Of a stretch of DNA of 64,000 nt, positions 11,276-25,525 are shown piece after piece. A program made the position numbers and the translations under genes. The DNA lies in contig NC_088853.1 in the NCBI RefSeq assembly GCF_963853765.1, forward strand, positions 75,702,001 to 75,766,000, given 5' to 3'. How positions within the stretch are numbered: the stretch's first letter is position 1; each line of letters begins with the position of its first letter. This stretch comes from Magallana gigas (taxonomy: Eukaryota). The notes under the pieces were generated by a model. It was given only the letters and a program-made list of their open reading frames with translations, did not search any database and was not told the origin of the DNA.

Positions 11276-13822
11276 AGTCTTGTTCATTTATATCGCCAAG
11301 TTCATGGATATAGATAATTATCCTACATTTTCAGATTGTGATGACATTAAATCAGATTAAGAAAATGGAGCTATTTCCATTGTAACCAGCTATGTGAAAG
11401 AAGATGAAGAAATAGTGAAAACAAATAGAAAGCATATGTCTGGAGGTTTAAAGGCTCGGTGTACTCCAAAAGAAAATGGAAATAATGGACCATATTGTTA
11501 GCATGCGAAAGTTGCATATACAGAATACCTGCGACAAACTGAAAGAAATTCTATGCCAGATCGTTCTTTCATATCATTTAAACTGAAATTTATGAGAATA
11601 AAACAAAATTAAATATACCATAGATGTTTGTTAGAATGTGATCTACTGTTTTTGTAGAGTATTAATTGGAAACCCAAAATATGCTTCTTTGCAAATGTAG
11701 ATAAAACATATTGGTATCATTATAAGTTTTCCTTAAAACTGGTCAATGTTGATGTAAATGTTATGAAGTGTTTTGACTTAATTTTTTCATTAAAATGAAT
11801 GTCATTAAAATTCTACATAGGAACCATCACTGAGATAGGTTTTTAACATTGAGCTTTACATTACTTTAAGTTGAAGATAAAAGAAATCGTCGAAGATATT
11901 AATATGAAAAAAGGTTAGGGTAAAACAGAAGTATTAAGTTGGAGTTATAACAATGGTACCTAAAGAGCTGAAATATTGGCTTTGTACCTAACGAAAAGAG
12001 GAAAATTAGGCAAACACGCTTTTGAGGTCAATTAACGATTTCTTTAAAGAAATTCTATAGCTATGGTTATCAAAAAGATATTAATCGTTTTTCCAACTGA
12101 TTCTCTCTTCCTAATATCAAAACTTTTAAACACAACCTGACTTTAAACATTGCAGCATAAAATGTACTGTTAAATTGCAAGCTTAAAGGCAAGATTTTAT
12201 TCCAAGGTTAAGGTAAAGGATACCGTTTTGTTTGAAATGAAAATTGTTCTATATCCGGAAGGGCTATAATTTCGTACACATTGCATATAGAGGTTTATAA
12301 CGGGTGTTTGTTTAACTAGGGAAAATGATCAGTTAATACTGCTTCATTAAAAAAAGAAGCAAGTATAAGTTGTTGGTTTTTTTGTCTACATGATTCATAC
12401 TACCAATATATATCTTCGAAAAAGTGGACGAGCAACTTTTGATACAAGCAATCTATTCTGTTAAGATTAATTAAGATAAAAGCCGGTATATCTTCTTGGG
12501 TAAAGTTTGAAAGTTTAAGGTTTATGTAAAAGGTTAAGGTTCTCTAACAATCACTTATTCTGAAACCAAAAAGTTTACCTGTCCGCAATAACATTACGAT
12601 TGACACTTTTTAAATCGTAAGTTTTGAAAATTCATTGACCGACAAACGTGTTTTTTCTAATCACTGATCATCAAGCTTTAACCCCCCCCCCCTCGCAAAC
12701 ATAAACAATTCTTGGATGAATCGCTAAGGTTAAATGGTAAAGATAGCCCAATTGTAAGGTTAAGGTAAAGAGTATGGTAAAGGATACTGATTTTGTTAAT
12801 ATATATTTTGCATTAAATGAAAAGACAGGCAAATAAAATGTCAGTTCTTAATGAAGTTATCATAATGTACAGCAATGTATGTTTGAAATATTGTGGAGAG
12901 CACCTTGTAATACGACCATTTTATTCCTCTTGGCGGTATTTTATTTAAAAAGAAGAACATAATTTTTGGCACCTTGAATGCTTTATTGAATATGGTCCAA
13001 TATATAGTTCTTTAAAGAGGAATATGAATAAATTTAAATTGCTGATTAAACGAATTGGTGTTAATAGTTTTAGAAAACTCATTTACAACTTTTTTCAATT
13101 TAAATAAAACACAAGGTTAGATTTGATAGATGCAGGTAATGGCTAGGATTTAATGTTAAGGTAGAAGAAAGGCTATACTAGTAACCTTACTCGCGTTTGT
13201 TTTTTTTATCTAAAGATTAAGATAAATTGGTCAAATTCTTTTATTGTGAACTTGGGTTAGTTCCTTCACTAGGTATAATGGAAGAGAAAGCTGATGCAAA
13301 GTGGACAGAAAGCCTAGTGGCCCTGCATAGTCAGAACTACGTAACAAATGACAGAATAAATTAAATCTTAAATTAAATAAATTAAAACATCCGAAATGTT
13401 TCTTAGAGAAAATGACACAAACCACTTAAGGAAAATGAGGTTCCTTTGGAATAAGTTACGATTAGATTGTACATGCATCCATTTGTTTTTTCTTATAGTG
13501 GGAATTGAACCTACTGTTTTTTCCTGTTTGAGAACAGGAACTGTGTCCCAACACACCATTTCAGCGTTTCAGTGAAATGGTTACTAAAACCTATTGTTAC
13601 AAAATAAGAATAGAATCGATTGTAAATGACCAGAAATAAAAAAAACCGGTTGTAAATTGTATAACTATTGTTATGCATTCTTGCAAACATTGTCTACTTT
13701 CATGGACACTTTCAAGAACATATTATCACTGTCCTCCCAAATGTGTTCCTTAACACCCTGGTCATAAATAAGTTCTTATATATGTTGTACCCGTCTGTAC
13801 CTGACGGCAGCACACTTCTCAA

Positions 13823-14250
13823 TTAAGAATTCTCCGCCCTTCGGATTTTCTTTTTTCCAGCTGTTTTCTTTTGGACGGATTTCTTCGTCGGCTCCCCAGG
13901 CTCTGAACGTGTTGAGACACATTTCCTTTTGGCAGGCGGTTCTTGTGTTGTAGGAGTACTGACTTCACTTGTACCTGGCACTTCTGTCACAATAGCTATG
14001 TCCGGTCCTGCAAGGGAATCAAAAGGTCCTGATGTCAGAAAGGAAAACGAACCCTTAACTAGAACATCTTCTACAATGATGGCTACCTTTGTTTCCACAT
14101 TTTTACAGATCTTTTCCTCTATGGCTGGTAGCTTTGTTTCCAAATCTGCTGACATTTGTGATTTCGTGGACTCAATATCTCCAGATATTTGCCTTGCAAA
14201 TAAGGCCGCAAAGTCGGAGAGTTCATTCCTAAATATTTTTTTGCAACATC
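13823..14250 (-). pseudogene. Unknown coiled-coil/basic protein fragment downstream of Crypton-like copy A
   Basis: 110-aa ORF extends upstream in frame (FRNELSDFAALFARQISGD); a likely ATG near 14249 is out of frame across a T7 run; NLS-like PPAKRK and KKKIRR. Confidence 0.35.
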
Positions 14251-14610
14251 TTTGATCTTTTTTTTATAATAAGCTGCCCACAGCTTCCAGTGGGATACCT
14301 GTGTATTTTAATAATTATATTATTCAATGCTGTGAAATGAAAGGTATGATGGGGCAGCAAATATCAGTCGAATAAAATGAGTTTAAAACATTATATAATT
14401 AAGTTGTTTGTTTCTTATCTCTATATTTTTAATATCACTAACTTTGGTGCCGTCTTTGTCTTCGCTGCTCTGAAGGAAGAGAAAAAAATGAAAAGAAATA
14501 TAGTTTCTCAAGATATTTTAGCACCAAAAAGATAACTAGTAGTTCAGGCTTTGGTATATTAATTAAAATTCAATTGAAACAAACACAGTTACAATATTGA
14601 TTCCTGTTTA

Positions 14611-16065
14611 TTAGTTTAATTTCATTTTTCTTTTTTCCGTTCTTACTCTGTCAGTAATTATTTTCCTGTAGGAATCAGGATGTAAGGTCCTGACCCTGTT
14701 GATCAGTTCTCTACCCTCTTCTTCTGAGTGGAGGGCACTCATTACGACTGATGCACTAACACCTTCAGGACCACTGATAATCGAGGAGCAAAGCCGGAGG
14801 ATGGTGAGGCTTTCTCTATTGGTAAAGAGCCGTCTCGTATGCTCCTGTGCAAAAAAGAAAAATTTCAGCCATACCAAGGTATACTACTTTTCATGTTACA
14901 ATACAACCATACCATTAGACAGGGCATTCATATTCTATTGACATAATTTTATAATTTATTTGAATGTATTGTGTTATGTTAAAAATATAAACATTATAAT
15001 ACAATGAGTTAACACGTACCGGGTCCGAATCAGATGTCAGGGGCGCTGGAGGTGCCTGGGCAGATATCTGGCCTGTTGTGATGATAAGAGGCTCTTGAGG
15101 CTAAGAGACCTAATGATGGGTCCAGGGCCCAAACATACTTCCATTGCCGACTACAAAGAAAAAGAAAAGCATTAACTTTCTAAGTCTAGAGTTTCATAGA
15201 GAGATAAATTCTTGTAAAATAAGATAAGACAGTATGTACCTCATCATCTGTCATGACTTTTTCAATCCATTTTATTAACTTTTGCACTGTCTCTTCTCTT
15301 CTGCTGCAGAATGTAGTATTGATCCTGGGTGCTTGCCCTATGGGTCATCTGTTGGGCCAGGGCATCACGAGCCCAGGGAAACTTTCTATTGACATAAATT
15401 TATAATTTATTTGAATGTATGGTGTTATTTTAAAAATATAAACAGAATACAATGAGTTAACACTTACCGGGTCGATGTCAGGAGGCCTGGAGGTGGGGCC
15501 AGTCATGATCTGAAGTGGCTCCTGAGTGGTATAAGTGGCCTCCTCGGTAGGAGAAGATAGGTCAGGAGTCACCTCATCTTCTCCTACCTCCTCAATGATT
15601 GGTCCGGGGCCTTGACATACTTCCATTGCCGCCTACAAAGAAAAAGAAACACATTGACTTTTTGAGTCTAGATTTATACACAGAGATTAAATATAGTCAA
15701 ATAAAATGAGACGGTATGTACCTCATTCTGGGTCATGCATTTTTCAATCAACTTTTGCACTGTTGGTTTTCGATTGTTTCGGGAGATAATATTGATCCTG
15801 TGTCGCTGCTCTGTGCCTCATCTGCTGGACCAAAGCGTCTCTCGCCCAGGGAAACTTGGACCTGACCTGGAAATAGAAATATTGTTTGTACTGAATGCCT
15901 ACCAATAATAACATCAATATAAAGAACATAATCTCCATATAGTCAGGTAAGGCCACCGAGCCCCTTGTCTATTTGCAATAAAAAACAAGTGATAAAAATA
16001 ATTTTAATATAAAAATGCAGTCTTACTTTGGTAGCGGTTGCCTTTCGGAGGTCAGTTACCGACAC
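14611..16065 (-). pseudogene. Crypton-like tyrosine recombinase gene, copy A (C-terminal exons only)
   Basis: Diverged paralogue of ~21930-22912; exon LVQQMRHRAATQDQYY carries the catalytic H...Y; terminal exon ends TDRVRTEKRKMKLN*; breaks at ~16065. Confidence 0.65.
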
Positions 16066-16084
16066 ACTGGATGAAATATTTGGT

Positions 16085-16750
16085 TTCAGCGCTGCGGAAA
16101 CCCTTTGGAAACTCTGCGGAAACTTAAAGTTACTTTAAGTTTCCGACAGGTTTCAGCACGGAAACTTCAAGTTTCATGAAGTTTCCGCAGTGCTGAAACT
16201 TAGGCTGTCCATGAATCCAAATTGTTTCCGCAACGTAAACTTACTGAAACTTCAAGTTTCATTAAGTTTCCGCAGTGCTGAAACTTAGGCTGTCCATGAA
16301 TCCAAATTGTTTCCGCAACGGAAACTTACTGAAACTTGAAGTTTCTGCATAGTTTCAATCTCCATATACGTTTGGGTACATACTGTTTACAAATGGTTTC
16401 CGCGACGGAAACTTGCTGAAACTTGAAGTTTCTGTATAGTTTCAACCTCCATACTGTGGTTTCATTAATATTCAAGGGTATCAATTTTCGTGGATAAAGT
16501 GAAAATCACAGGTTCAATGATACGTAAATTCGTGGCCAATGACCTATCAATACAAAATGTTAACAAAAATTGCACTCTGATGAACATTTAATTTCATGGA
16601 TCAACTTAACAACGAAATCCACGAAAATTGGTATTCAACGAATATTGATGAAACCACAGTATACAATTGGGAAACATATTGTTTACAAAGGGTTTCCGCA
16701 ACTGAAACTTACTGAAACTTATATATTTTTGCTTTCACAAAAGCTGAGCA
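16085..16750. repeat. Degenerate tandem array of GTTTCCGCA/GAAACTT palindromic units
   Basis: Near-identical ~66-bp units at ~16180-16310 and looser units on either side; interrupted by a MITE. Confidence 0.6.
16454..16659. mobile_element. TA-flanked Tc1/mariner-type MITE (206 bp)
   Basis: TIRs CTGTGGTTTCATTAATATTC / GAATATTGATGAAACCACAG, with TA on both sides (16452-53, 16660-61). Confidence 0.85.
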
Positions 16751-18981
16751 AGGTTTCTACTTTATGTAAAAACAAAACAATTTCAAACAGTTCCAAATTT
16801 ATTTTGTTCAAAAATCTGAAATTGTTTCCAATAATAAATAAAATACAGCCAAGATACAATAATTGAGAAACATCCATATGGCAATTCCCTTATTAGGGAC
16901 TTTTATTTGAAAAATGATAAAATTGCACAAGAAAAAAAAACTCCCATAGAAATCTTTACATTTGTATTTTTTTTCATCTCGATTAAATGCCTATCAAATC
17001 TCCCTTTAAAAATGCAACAAAGATCTTACTTTTATAAAAATATGAATGCAATTTACAAAATAACTGCACGTACATGAATAAACAAAGTAAACTTCACTGT
17101 TACATGAACATATTACACTTGTCTCAATTTGTTTTGAACTACAATGAATATGTACACCATAAAATATTTTTGAAAAGTCTAAAGTATCCATCTTTTAAAA
17201 AAAAAATACACTACAAGATAGTAGTTGACTATAGAGGTATGACCCAGATTTGATTTGAATATGTCAATAAATTTCAAAATGAGGTCAAAGTGACTCACTT
17301 ACAAGTTGGGATAAACCTTTTCTTTGTTAGTAATATAATCTAATGTTTTACAATAGAACAGGATTTGATATCATTTTTTTGATAATCCATTTAGTCCAAA
17401 GTGAACTTTTCATTTCCACCCATGTTGTACCAACTGATCAGATTTTAATATCATAAGCCTGTCAGTATTTAATAGATGACCCAGACGGAGATATGAAAAG
17501 CTTGTTGGCCAATAAAAAGCTAACAATGGAGCAGTCTGTCAAATCATGTGCAAAAATATGATGAACACATTTAATTAATTATGCTGATTGCAACACACTT
17601 CATTCCTGATGAATATTCTTCTTTACACACGGTTTACCTTCCTACATTTCACTACTTTACCTACATTAATATTTTTAAATCCATGACATGAAGTAAAATA
17701 TACATTGTTTATATATGACAAGTATTACTACATGTACATGTACTTGCTTTTTGTAGCATACATGTATAAAATACAAAGTATCACACAGATCATTCACCTT
17801 ACAATTCTCATCAATACCAGCATTTTACTTATGATATAAAAGCTAATTCCAATTATATTTTAGTTACATAACACAGATTAAAATAAACCCACATGGAAAC
17901 AACTTTCCATCCAAGTAATTTTGTTATATAAAAATTGTAATACATGGGGTATATGTTGTCTTTATATATTTTCATAAACGACATAATTGAATATTGTTTG
18001 GTGTATTTTATCATTTCTATGACCCATGCATTCATCTCCTAATGCAGTGTTTTTACATTTAAGATTGGTTTCTTAATTTTTCATATATTGCTGCAAATAA
18101 AAACTAAGTTATCAATAAATGTTTAAACAAAGAAAATGGAAAAAAAAGTAGTTAACACTTATCAACTTGGAGGTGAGAGGATATATGTTACATGGAGTCT
18201 AATATTTTATGCAATATTTGCAAATATAACAAATTATTTAAGAAAATGAAAGTTAATATCTGCAAGGTCTAATCAATCATTTAATAAGTCAAAACCATGT
18301 GATTTTCTAAGAGTCTAGCTTACAGACAGACATTGTAATATACTGGTATTTGATCATATAAAAAAAGTACTTTTATAGTTTATAGGTTTTTTGAAATGAG
18401 AATACTTTACAGTTAAAAAGTCTTGTTCTGCAGAGGTTTAGTCGGGTCGTAGAGATGTGTCCATCCGAATCAATAAGAAGTGTCCTTGGCTGTTGTTGAT
18501 GTAACCCGAGTCGTAGTTTATGGAAATAGGTCTTTTTGGGGGACTTTCGAGCATTGTCCAGACCGGTGAAGCACTCATATGATCACATCATGGCTAAAGC
18601 AGACTTAGTAGTTCTGGACAGTGGTAGCATTTAAATTCTTCTTCTTGCTATGAACTTGTTCCTTTAACTGGGCTGTACTTTATGTCTGTTCTATATATCT
18701 TAAACATGAATAATAAAGTTTCATTTAGATTTTTAAACAATAAACATTCAGCCTTACTTGTAATAAAAGCATTCTGAATAAAATCTGAATACAGAAGCTA
18801 CTATGCAGTTGCCAGTTGCATATAATGACTACAGAAGTATTTGGTCTAAAATGTTTCATTTTATGTTTGAAGCTATGTTATTTTCATTTTGATTCAATTA
18901 TTGTTTGTTGAACAAGGGAAAAACTTATCAACAATAAGTGTGTTTCACCCCCCCCCCCCCCCCCATCAACAGTCTGGCCGG

Positions 18982-19598
18982 ACTCCGAAAAAGGAGTAAA
19001 CTCCGAAATCGGAGTATTTGGCACCGTCATGCATTGCGATTTTCTCAACTTCCGTTTTGTAGCTAATGTAAATGACTTGGAAGTATGGAAATTGAAAATT
19101 AATTGTTGCACTAATGTAAGTATTCAAGCCTTTAATATAGATGATGTATTTTTTTTAAAATACGACAAAATTACGATGTATACAAGGTTTTAAGAAGTGC
19201 CGACTTGGCGAGTCAGCGCGTGATCAAAAGAACGGTGTAATAACTACAAACGGGATAAAAAAACTAACAGTAATAGTGTATTTCACACCCTAGCACATAA
19301 ATTATCTTTAATAATAGTGAAATCATGGAAAAAACATTAATTTTTCACTTTATTGGCTTCGTCATCGGAAACAGAATTGACAAACTTTGACAGCAAATAA
19401 AATTTGATTTGCCCAACGAACGTATATTTTTGCCAAATACATTCTGTTGAAACATGTCTTATAAAGCATTTAAACGTATTTTCAGACCTGCATATGAATA
19501 ATCCGCTTTGCACAATCAATTTTCCTGAGTGCCCTGTTTTCACGTAAAAATGGGATATTTTGATTAACTGCGCATGCGCCGAACTCCTTTTTCGGAGT
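18982..19598. mobile_element. Probable non-autonomous element bounded by a 16-bp inverted repeat
   Basis: ACTCCGAAAAAGGAGT (18982-18997) and its exact reverse complement (19583-19598); no TSD identified. Confidence 0.4.
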
Positions 19599-19619
19599 TA
19601 CGTTGTTTCCAGCCCTAAC

Positions 19620-21330
19620 GGGTGTCTGCCCCCTCTAACCTGGCCCCAGCTTCCGCCTCCCACTCCGCCTCATCTTCACTTTCCTTCTGTCTAAAATATA
19701 ATACACGACATGATAAATTGATGATATACTTATTATAGATGACATACAGGGAGACGTGAAAGAATGAAAAATGTAGAATAATGGTAAAGTATTATTTCTA
19801 TTTTGTATAAGAATACAACTAACACTATATTGTGGTCTCGTCTGGCAGACATGACAAGTTCGTGCAGATCTGGTCCCCTGGCCATGCCATGAATTCTGTT
19901 CAGGTGAACATCGAGGCGGGCAGTTGTTGATTGGCAGCCCTTAAGTGGACACACCTTCAGCCTGTAAGCAATCATATTCGTAACAGCATATTTCAGTATA
20001 TACAGTGAAACCTGTTGAGATTGTCAGTACAAATTTTGCTTTCAGAATTCTAGAGAAAATTTTTGGAGCGACTCGTCACATTCAAAACCTTTTAATCTTC
20101 TCAAAAGTCTTTAGCTTAGACTCCTCCTTGGATTTTTCAATGGAAGCCAGGTCCATCGTTTGGTCAATTGTCTGCCAACAATAAAAACCTGGTTACAGTG
20201 TTGGCGGGCCACCCGGGGAGTCCTGTTTTTCTCAAGACTGCACATCCATGTGAAAAAGGACAGCATGATTGGATCTATAAATGATTTATTTTTCTTTCTA
20301 CTCTAGGTCTAACAAGATTTGAGAAAACAAATCTGTGGTTTCCTACGTTGTTTCCAGGTGGAACTGGTGTCTCCCTCCTTTGACGCGGCCGCAGCATCTG
20401 CCTCCACCTCTGGTTCATCATCACTTTCCTCCAGTCTAAAATATTAATGATGGACATAATACTTTGATGATTTACTTAATATAGATGCTTTCAGAATTCT
20501 TGAGAATTTTTTAGAGATACTCGTAAGATTCAAAACCTTTTAGTGTTCTCTGGTAATTGAGCTTGGCTTCTTCCTTTGTTTTGTCGTGGGCCGTTCGAAG
20601 ATGACGGGGAATGTGGACCACCTGAAGACTGCATTCTGAGCAGATGTCTCGCTTCCACCTCCCGCTTGTCTGTGGCCGCTCATGGTTGCGGGGCCTCTTG
20701 TGTTTTTCTATTTAAGAAATAGTCAATTTGGATTATTTATTTTGGAATTCATTCTTCTAATATTATGATATTATTTTGTTGTAGAACAAATGCCTACCTC
20801 CTCTGGCAGTTCCTGCTGGAACCTCCTCCAATTCGCGGGCCTAAGGTGGGTCAGGTCTAGCCGGGAGAGCTGCCACCACCACCCCCTCCTCCTCCTCCGT
20901 TGCTGCTTGCTGCCTCCATGCTGTCCGCAGCCACCGCGCCTCCTTTTCCATCGCCTTGGACAACTAATAGTAGTAAACAAAAGATTAGATTTTTTGCAGA
21001 GTTACATGTTATATAAGTGTTTATCATTTAAATTATATCGTGCCAATGCTTTTGGCGGTCCCCTTAACTTTATTAACGGTTCCTTAAGGGGTGTCTTCTT
21101 TGGGGGTTCCTCGTTAGGCGGTAGTCCTCGTCCTTGTCGTCGATTGGAATCGGGATCGGAATCTCCAACGGTAGACCGCGCATGCGCACGGAAGTGGAAT
21201 TTGACAGCTGGATTCTGACAGATAACAGGGCCGAGTTTTGTGCTTCCAAAGTGATTTAGTTTGGGATTTCACTTTGAGTATATGATTCGGTTCATCATTC
21301 ATCACCCATACAACATCAGGAAAGCCAGGG
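19620..21330 (-). pseudogene. Crypton-like gene, copy B (N-terminal zinc-finger/acidic exons, internally rearranged)
   Basis: Paralogous to ~24100-25400; includes CPLKGCQSTTARLDVHLNRIH; the acidic exon block occurs twice (~19620-19700 and ~20370-20440). Confidence 0.6.
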
Positions 21331-21929
21331 ATCTCTTTACAACTCGTACAAAAACAAGGAGGTAAAGGAAGTCGAGATGTTTACATTTTCAAAATGGCGT
21401 CTTTGTTTACAAAATAAGCTCCAATACTCTAGGATATAGCTTTATTATTGAACAGCTAGCATATATATCTGTAATCACTGACATACTGCGGGCTCGCAGA
21501 GATCAGATGATATTTTGTAGACAAACTTTTTTCTCTCAATGAATTATTCATTTAAACATAATATTGTCCAAAGTTATCACGCAATGGACGAAGTAGTTTT
21601 AAGTTCTATAGGTTGTATTTAACATTGATATTTTGTCCAAAGTTATCGCGCAATGGACAAAATGGTTCAAAGATTAAGCTGCAAAATTTCAGTAGACCTT
21701 GCAAATACCTATGATTGAAGTATTTTCACTTATATCACACAGTAACACTAGTATGTTTAATTTTTTAGCTATTTTGATATGTATGGTGTATACAGTTTTT
21801 ACTCAAAGCATATCCTGAAAACCTGGACACTTGTATTTTAGCACCAGAAAGAAAACTAGTAGATCAAGCTTTGATATATTAAATCAAATTCAATTGAAAC
21901 AAACACAGTTACCAAATTAATCCAGGTTT

Positions 21930-24900
21930 ATTTATTTAATTTCATTTTTTTTTTCAGTTTGTACTCGGTCTGTCAACCTTTTCCTATAAGGATCCGGGTG
22001 CAGGATTCTAATCCTCCTCACCAGTTCTTCCCCCTCTCGGTAATGAATACCGCAGCTGCAGTGAAGCCTCCAGGATGGCTGATCAGCGAGGAGCAGAGCC
22101 GGAGGATGGTAAGGCTCTCTCTGTTCGTAAACATCCGTCTCTTATGCTCCTGTGCAAAAAAGAAAATTTTAGCCATACCAAGGTATAATACTTTTCATGT
22201 TACAATACAGCCATACCATTATACAGAACATTCATATTCTATTGACATAATTTTATAATTTACCTAAATGTTTAAAAAAATATTTACATTATAATACAAT
22301 GAGTTAACACTTACCAGGTCTACATGTGATGTCAGGAGGAGTTGGGTCAGTCATGTTGTGAAGGGGATCTCGAGGGGTGGCCTCTTCAGGGGGAGAAGTG
22401 ATAGCTGGAGTCACCTCCTCCTCTTCTATCTCCTCAATGATGGGTCCAGGACCCTGGCAAACTTCCAAACTGACTACAAAGAAAAAGAAACACATTAATT
22501 TTCTGAGTTCAGAGTTTCACAGACAGATTAAATCTAGTAAAATAAAATGCGTCAGTATGTACCTCATCCTCAGTCATGCATTTTTCAATGAGCTTCACAA
22601 TCTTGGCACACTCTTGCTTCTTTTGTTTTAACAAATAATATTGATCTTGCGTTGAAGCTCGGTGTGTCATCTGTTGAGCTAAAGCGTGTCTAGCCCAGGG
22701 GAACTTGGACCTGACCTGGAAATAGAAATATCGTTTGTACTGACCGCCTACCAATAATAACATCAATATAAAGAACAGAATCTCCATATAGTCAGGTAAG
22801 GCCATCGAGCCCCTTGTCTGTTTGAAAAGAAGAGTTTAGTGTTTAAAATAATTTAAATGCAATAATGCTGTCTTACTTTGGTAGGTGCTGCCTTTCGTAA
22901 GTTGGTGACCGACAGCTTTTTTTTCACTCCAGCAGCCTTCCATATTGAGTGTACTGATTTGTTGACGAGTGACGTGGTCATTGGACCTGGATGTCCGGAT
23001 GGTCCCATCGGGTAGGTGACGAACACCGCACTCTCTTCCCTCACCAACTCCGAAGAGTAACCGGGGAGTCTTCTTCTCATCATTGTTGTGAAGATACTTA
23101 AGTATCTCCACAACTCAGGGGAAAAGAAGAGAGTGACGGGTGTGATGTGTCCCGTCTTGTGTTTGGATATCTAAAAACGAAACGATGAATTTTAAGATTC
23201 AAAGACATTTTGCAGAAGAATATCATGTTATTTGAAAGCAAAGAAAGAATATTTAAACACTTACAGTGACGACGTGCTCGTCGTCCTGCTTTTCGGCCTT
23301 TCTTAGTGCCGCCATGGTGAAATTGGCAATGGAACCAGCTCGTTGCCCATTCCTGATCAGGGTGTTCAGGATCAGGAAAATTTCTGCAAACTAGGAAATC
23401 CTTCTCAGGGATGTGTCCCTCCTGATCATCTCTGTCCTGTCTGTCAAATGTGTCCCGGGCCAGCTGGTAAACCTCTCTCTCTTTATACTTAATGTCTTTC
23501 GTCTCGATTCTTCCTTGTGTTAGAAAAGAACTGTATGTTTTAGGCTACTTGGTCAATGTGCATTGTACTTTCTGTCTTATTTGAATATTGTATTGACATG
23601 TCTTTTTTATTTAGGTCTGGTTATCATCATCTTTGACGCGCTGTTCCACTCGTCTTTTTCGGACGTCCATATGCAAAGATTTCGCCCATCTTCTGAGCTT
23701 CTCCGTGCCTTTTGATGTGATCTCAGAACTTAAAACACCCTCATCTCAAAGAAAAGCAAAGAAGTCCTGTAGCGAGCCTATTTTAAGAGATATCGTAAGT
23801 TATACTGACATGTTTAAGGAATTGGCACTTTCTGAAATAATATCATAATCATGACAATTATACCCCCACTTTGAAGGAGATGGGGGCATACTGTTTAACT
23901 CATGTGTGTCTATCTGTCCCTCCTTCTGTTTGTAAACAGTATAAGTAAATGACTTGACTTCTTTTTCATATTTTGCAGAAACAGGAAACTTGGAGACATT
24001 ACCTAGATATGATCTTATTGTTCCTGAGGCATGCTTGGCCCTGGCTGGCGTCAGCCACTGGTCCCGGATCTGGGCGGTGTTTTGAATAGACGTCATTTCC
24101 ATCGTTGGGTCAATTGTAAACCAAATGATGAACACTAGGTTACAATGTTGGCCTGCAACTCGTTCGCTCCTGTTTTTCTCCAAGCTGCAGAGCCACTCGT
24201 AGAAAGTTTGCTTTATAGGGTCTGTAAATGATTTTTGTAAGTTATTTTTCTTTCTACCCTGTCTAATAAGATATTGAGGAAACAAATTATGTGGTTTCTT
24301 ACGTAGTTTCCAGCTGGAACTGGTGCCGCCATCCGGCCTCAGCTTCCGCCTCCCTCTCGGCATCATCATCACTTTCCTCCTGTCTAAAATATTAATAGAC
24401 GACATGATAAATTGATGATATACTTAATATAGTTGATATAAAGAGAGACGTGAAAGAATGAAAAATGTAGAATAATGGTAAAGTATTATTTCTAGTTTGT
24501 ATAAGAATACAACTAACTCTATAATGTGGCCTCGTCTGGCAGACATGACCAATCCATGCATTTCTGGTCCCCTGACCATGCCATGAATTCTTTCAGATGC
24601 ACATCAAGGCGGGCAGTTACAGATTTGCAGCCCTTTAATGGACACGCCTTTAGCCTGTAAGCAATCACATTTGTAACAGCACCTTTCAGTATATACAGTG
24701 AAACCTGTTGAGATTGTCAGTACAAATTTTGCTTTCAGAATTCTAGAGAAAATTTTTAGAGAGACTCATAAGATTCAAAACCTTTAAGTGTTCTCTGATA
24801 ACAAGGGCTTGTCTTCTTTTGTTTTATCGTGGGCTGTTCGGAGGTGACGAGGAAGGTGGACCACTTGCAGACTGCATTCTGGGCAGGTGGGCCGCTTTCG

Positions 24901-25400
24901 CCTCCCACTGGTCTGTGGCCGCTCATAATGGCGGGGCCTCTTACGTTTTTCTATTTAAGAAAATGTCATATTGGATTATTTATTTTAGAATTCATTCTTT
25001 TAATATTTTATCATATTTTTGTTGTAGAACAAATACCTACCTCCTCTGGCTGTTCCTGCTGCAACCTCTGATGATTCATCTTCACTGGCCTGAGGTGGGT
25101 CAGGGCTAGCCGGGAGAGTAGGAAGAGCCACCATCTCCTCCTCCGTTGCTTCCTCTATGCTGTCCGCAGCCACCGTTTCCTCCTTTTCCAACGCCTTGGA
25201 CAACTAATAATAGTAAACTAAAGATAATAGATTTTTGCAAAGCTACATTTTATATAAGTGTATATTGTTTAAATTATATCTTACCAATGCTTGTGGCAAT
25301 CTCCTTGATTCAATTGGGGGTTCCTCGTCAGAGGAGGAGTCCAACTCGGACAGGCGGTAGTCCTCGTCCTTGTCATTCTCCTATGAGGACTCTAGCACTA
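21930..25400 (-). pseudogene. Crypton-like tyrosine recombinase gene, copy C (most complete, multi-exon, frameshifted)
   Basis: Minus-strand exons in order: CPEC..HLPRHLRTAH and CPLKGC..LDVHL zinc fingers; core-binding block FYEWLCS...QH...IDP...GTIRSYL; LNTLIRNGQRAGSIANFT (catalytic R, ~23335-23352); KAAGVKKKLSVTNLRKAA (xxLR); LAQQMTHRASTQDQYY (H...Y). GT-AG introns separate the blocks. Confidence 0.75.
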
Positions 25401-25440
25401 AGAGACTGACTTGTCTGTCCTGAATCATATAACGGATATA

Positions 25441-25525
25441 TTTTTTAGGTTACTTGAGTCACTCAGGTGAACAATTGTAATTGGTCTTCGTCCGTCGTCG
25501 TGCGTTAATAATTTTACATTTTGTG
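25441..25525 (+). mobile_element. HINE 5' head fragment
   Basis: TTTTTTAGGTTACTTGAGTCACTCAGGTGA...GGTCTTCGTCCGTCGTCGTGCGTTAA, same family as the 9958 head. Confidence 0.65.

Noticed and set aside
11860-13200. Recurrent AAGGTTAAGGT(AAAGG) words
   Set aside because: Too degenerate to define a unit, ends or family.
18420-18700. Coding-like minus-strand stretch between the Crypton-like copies (considered a SET or other accessory domain)
   Set aside because: Multiple stops in all frames and no motif I can support.
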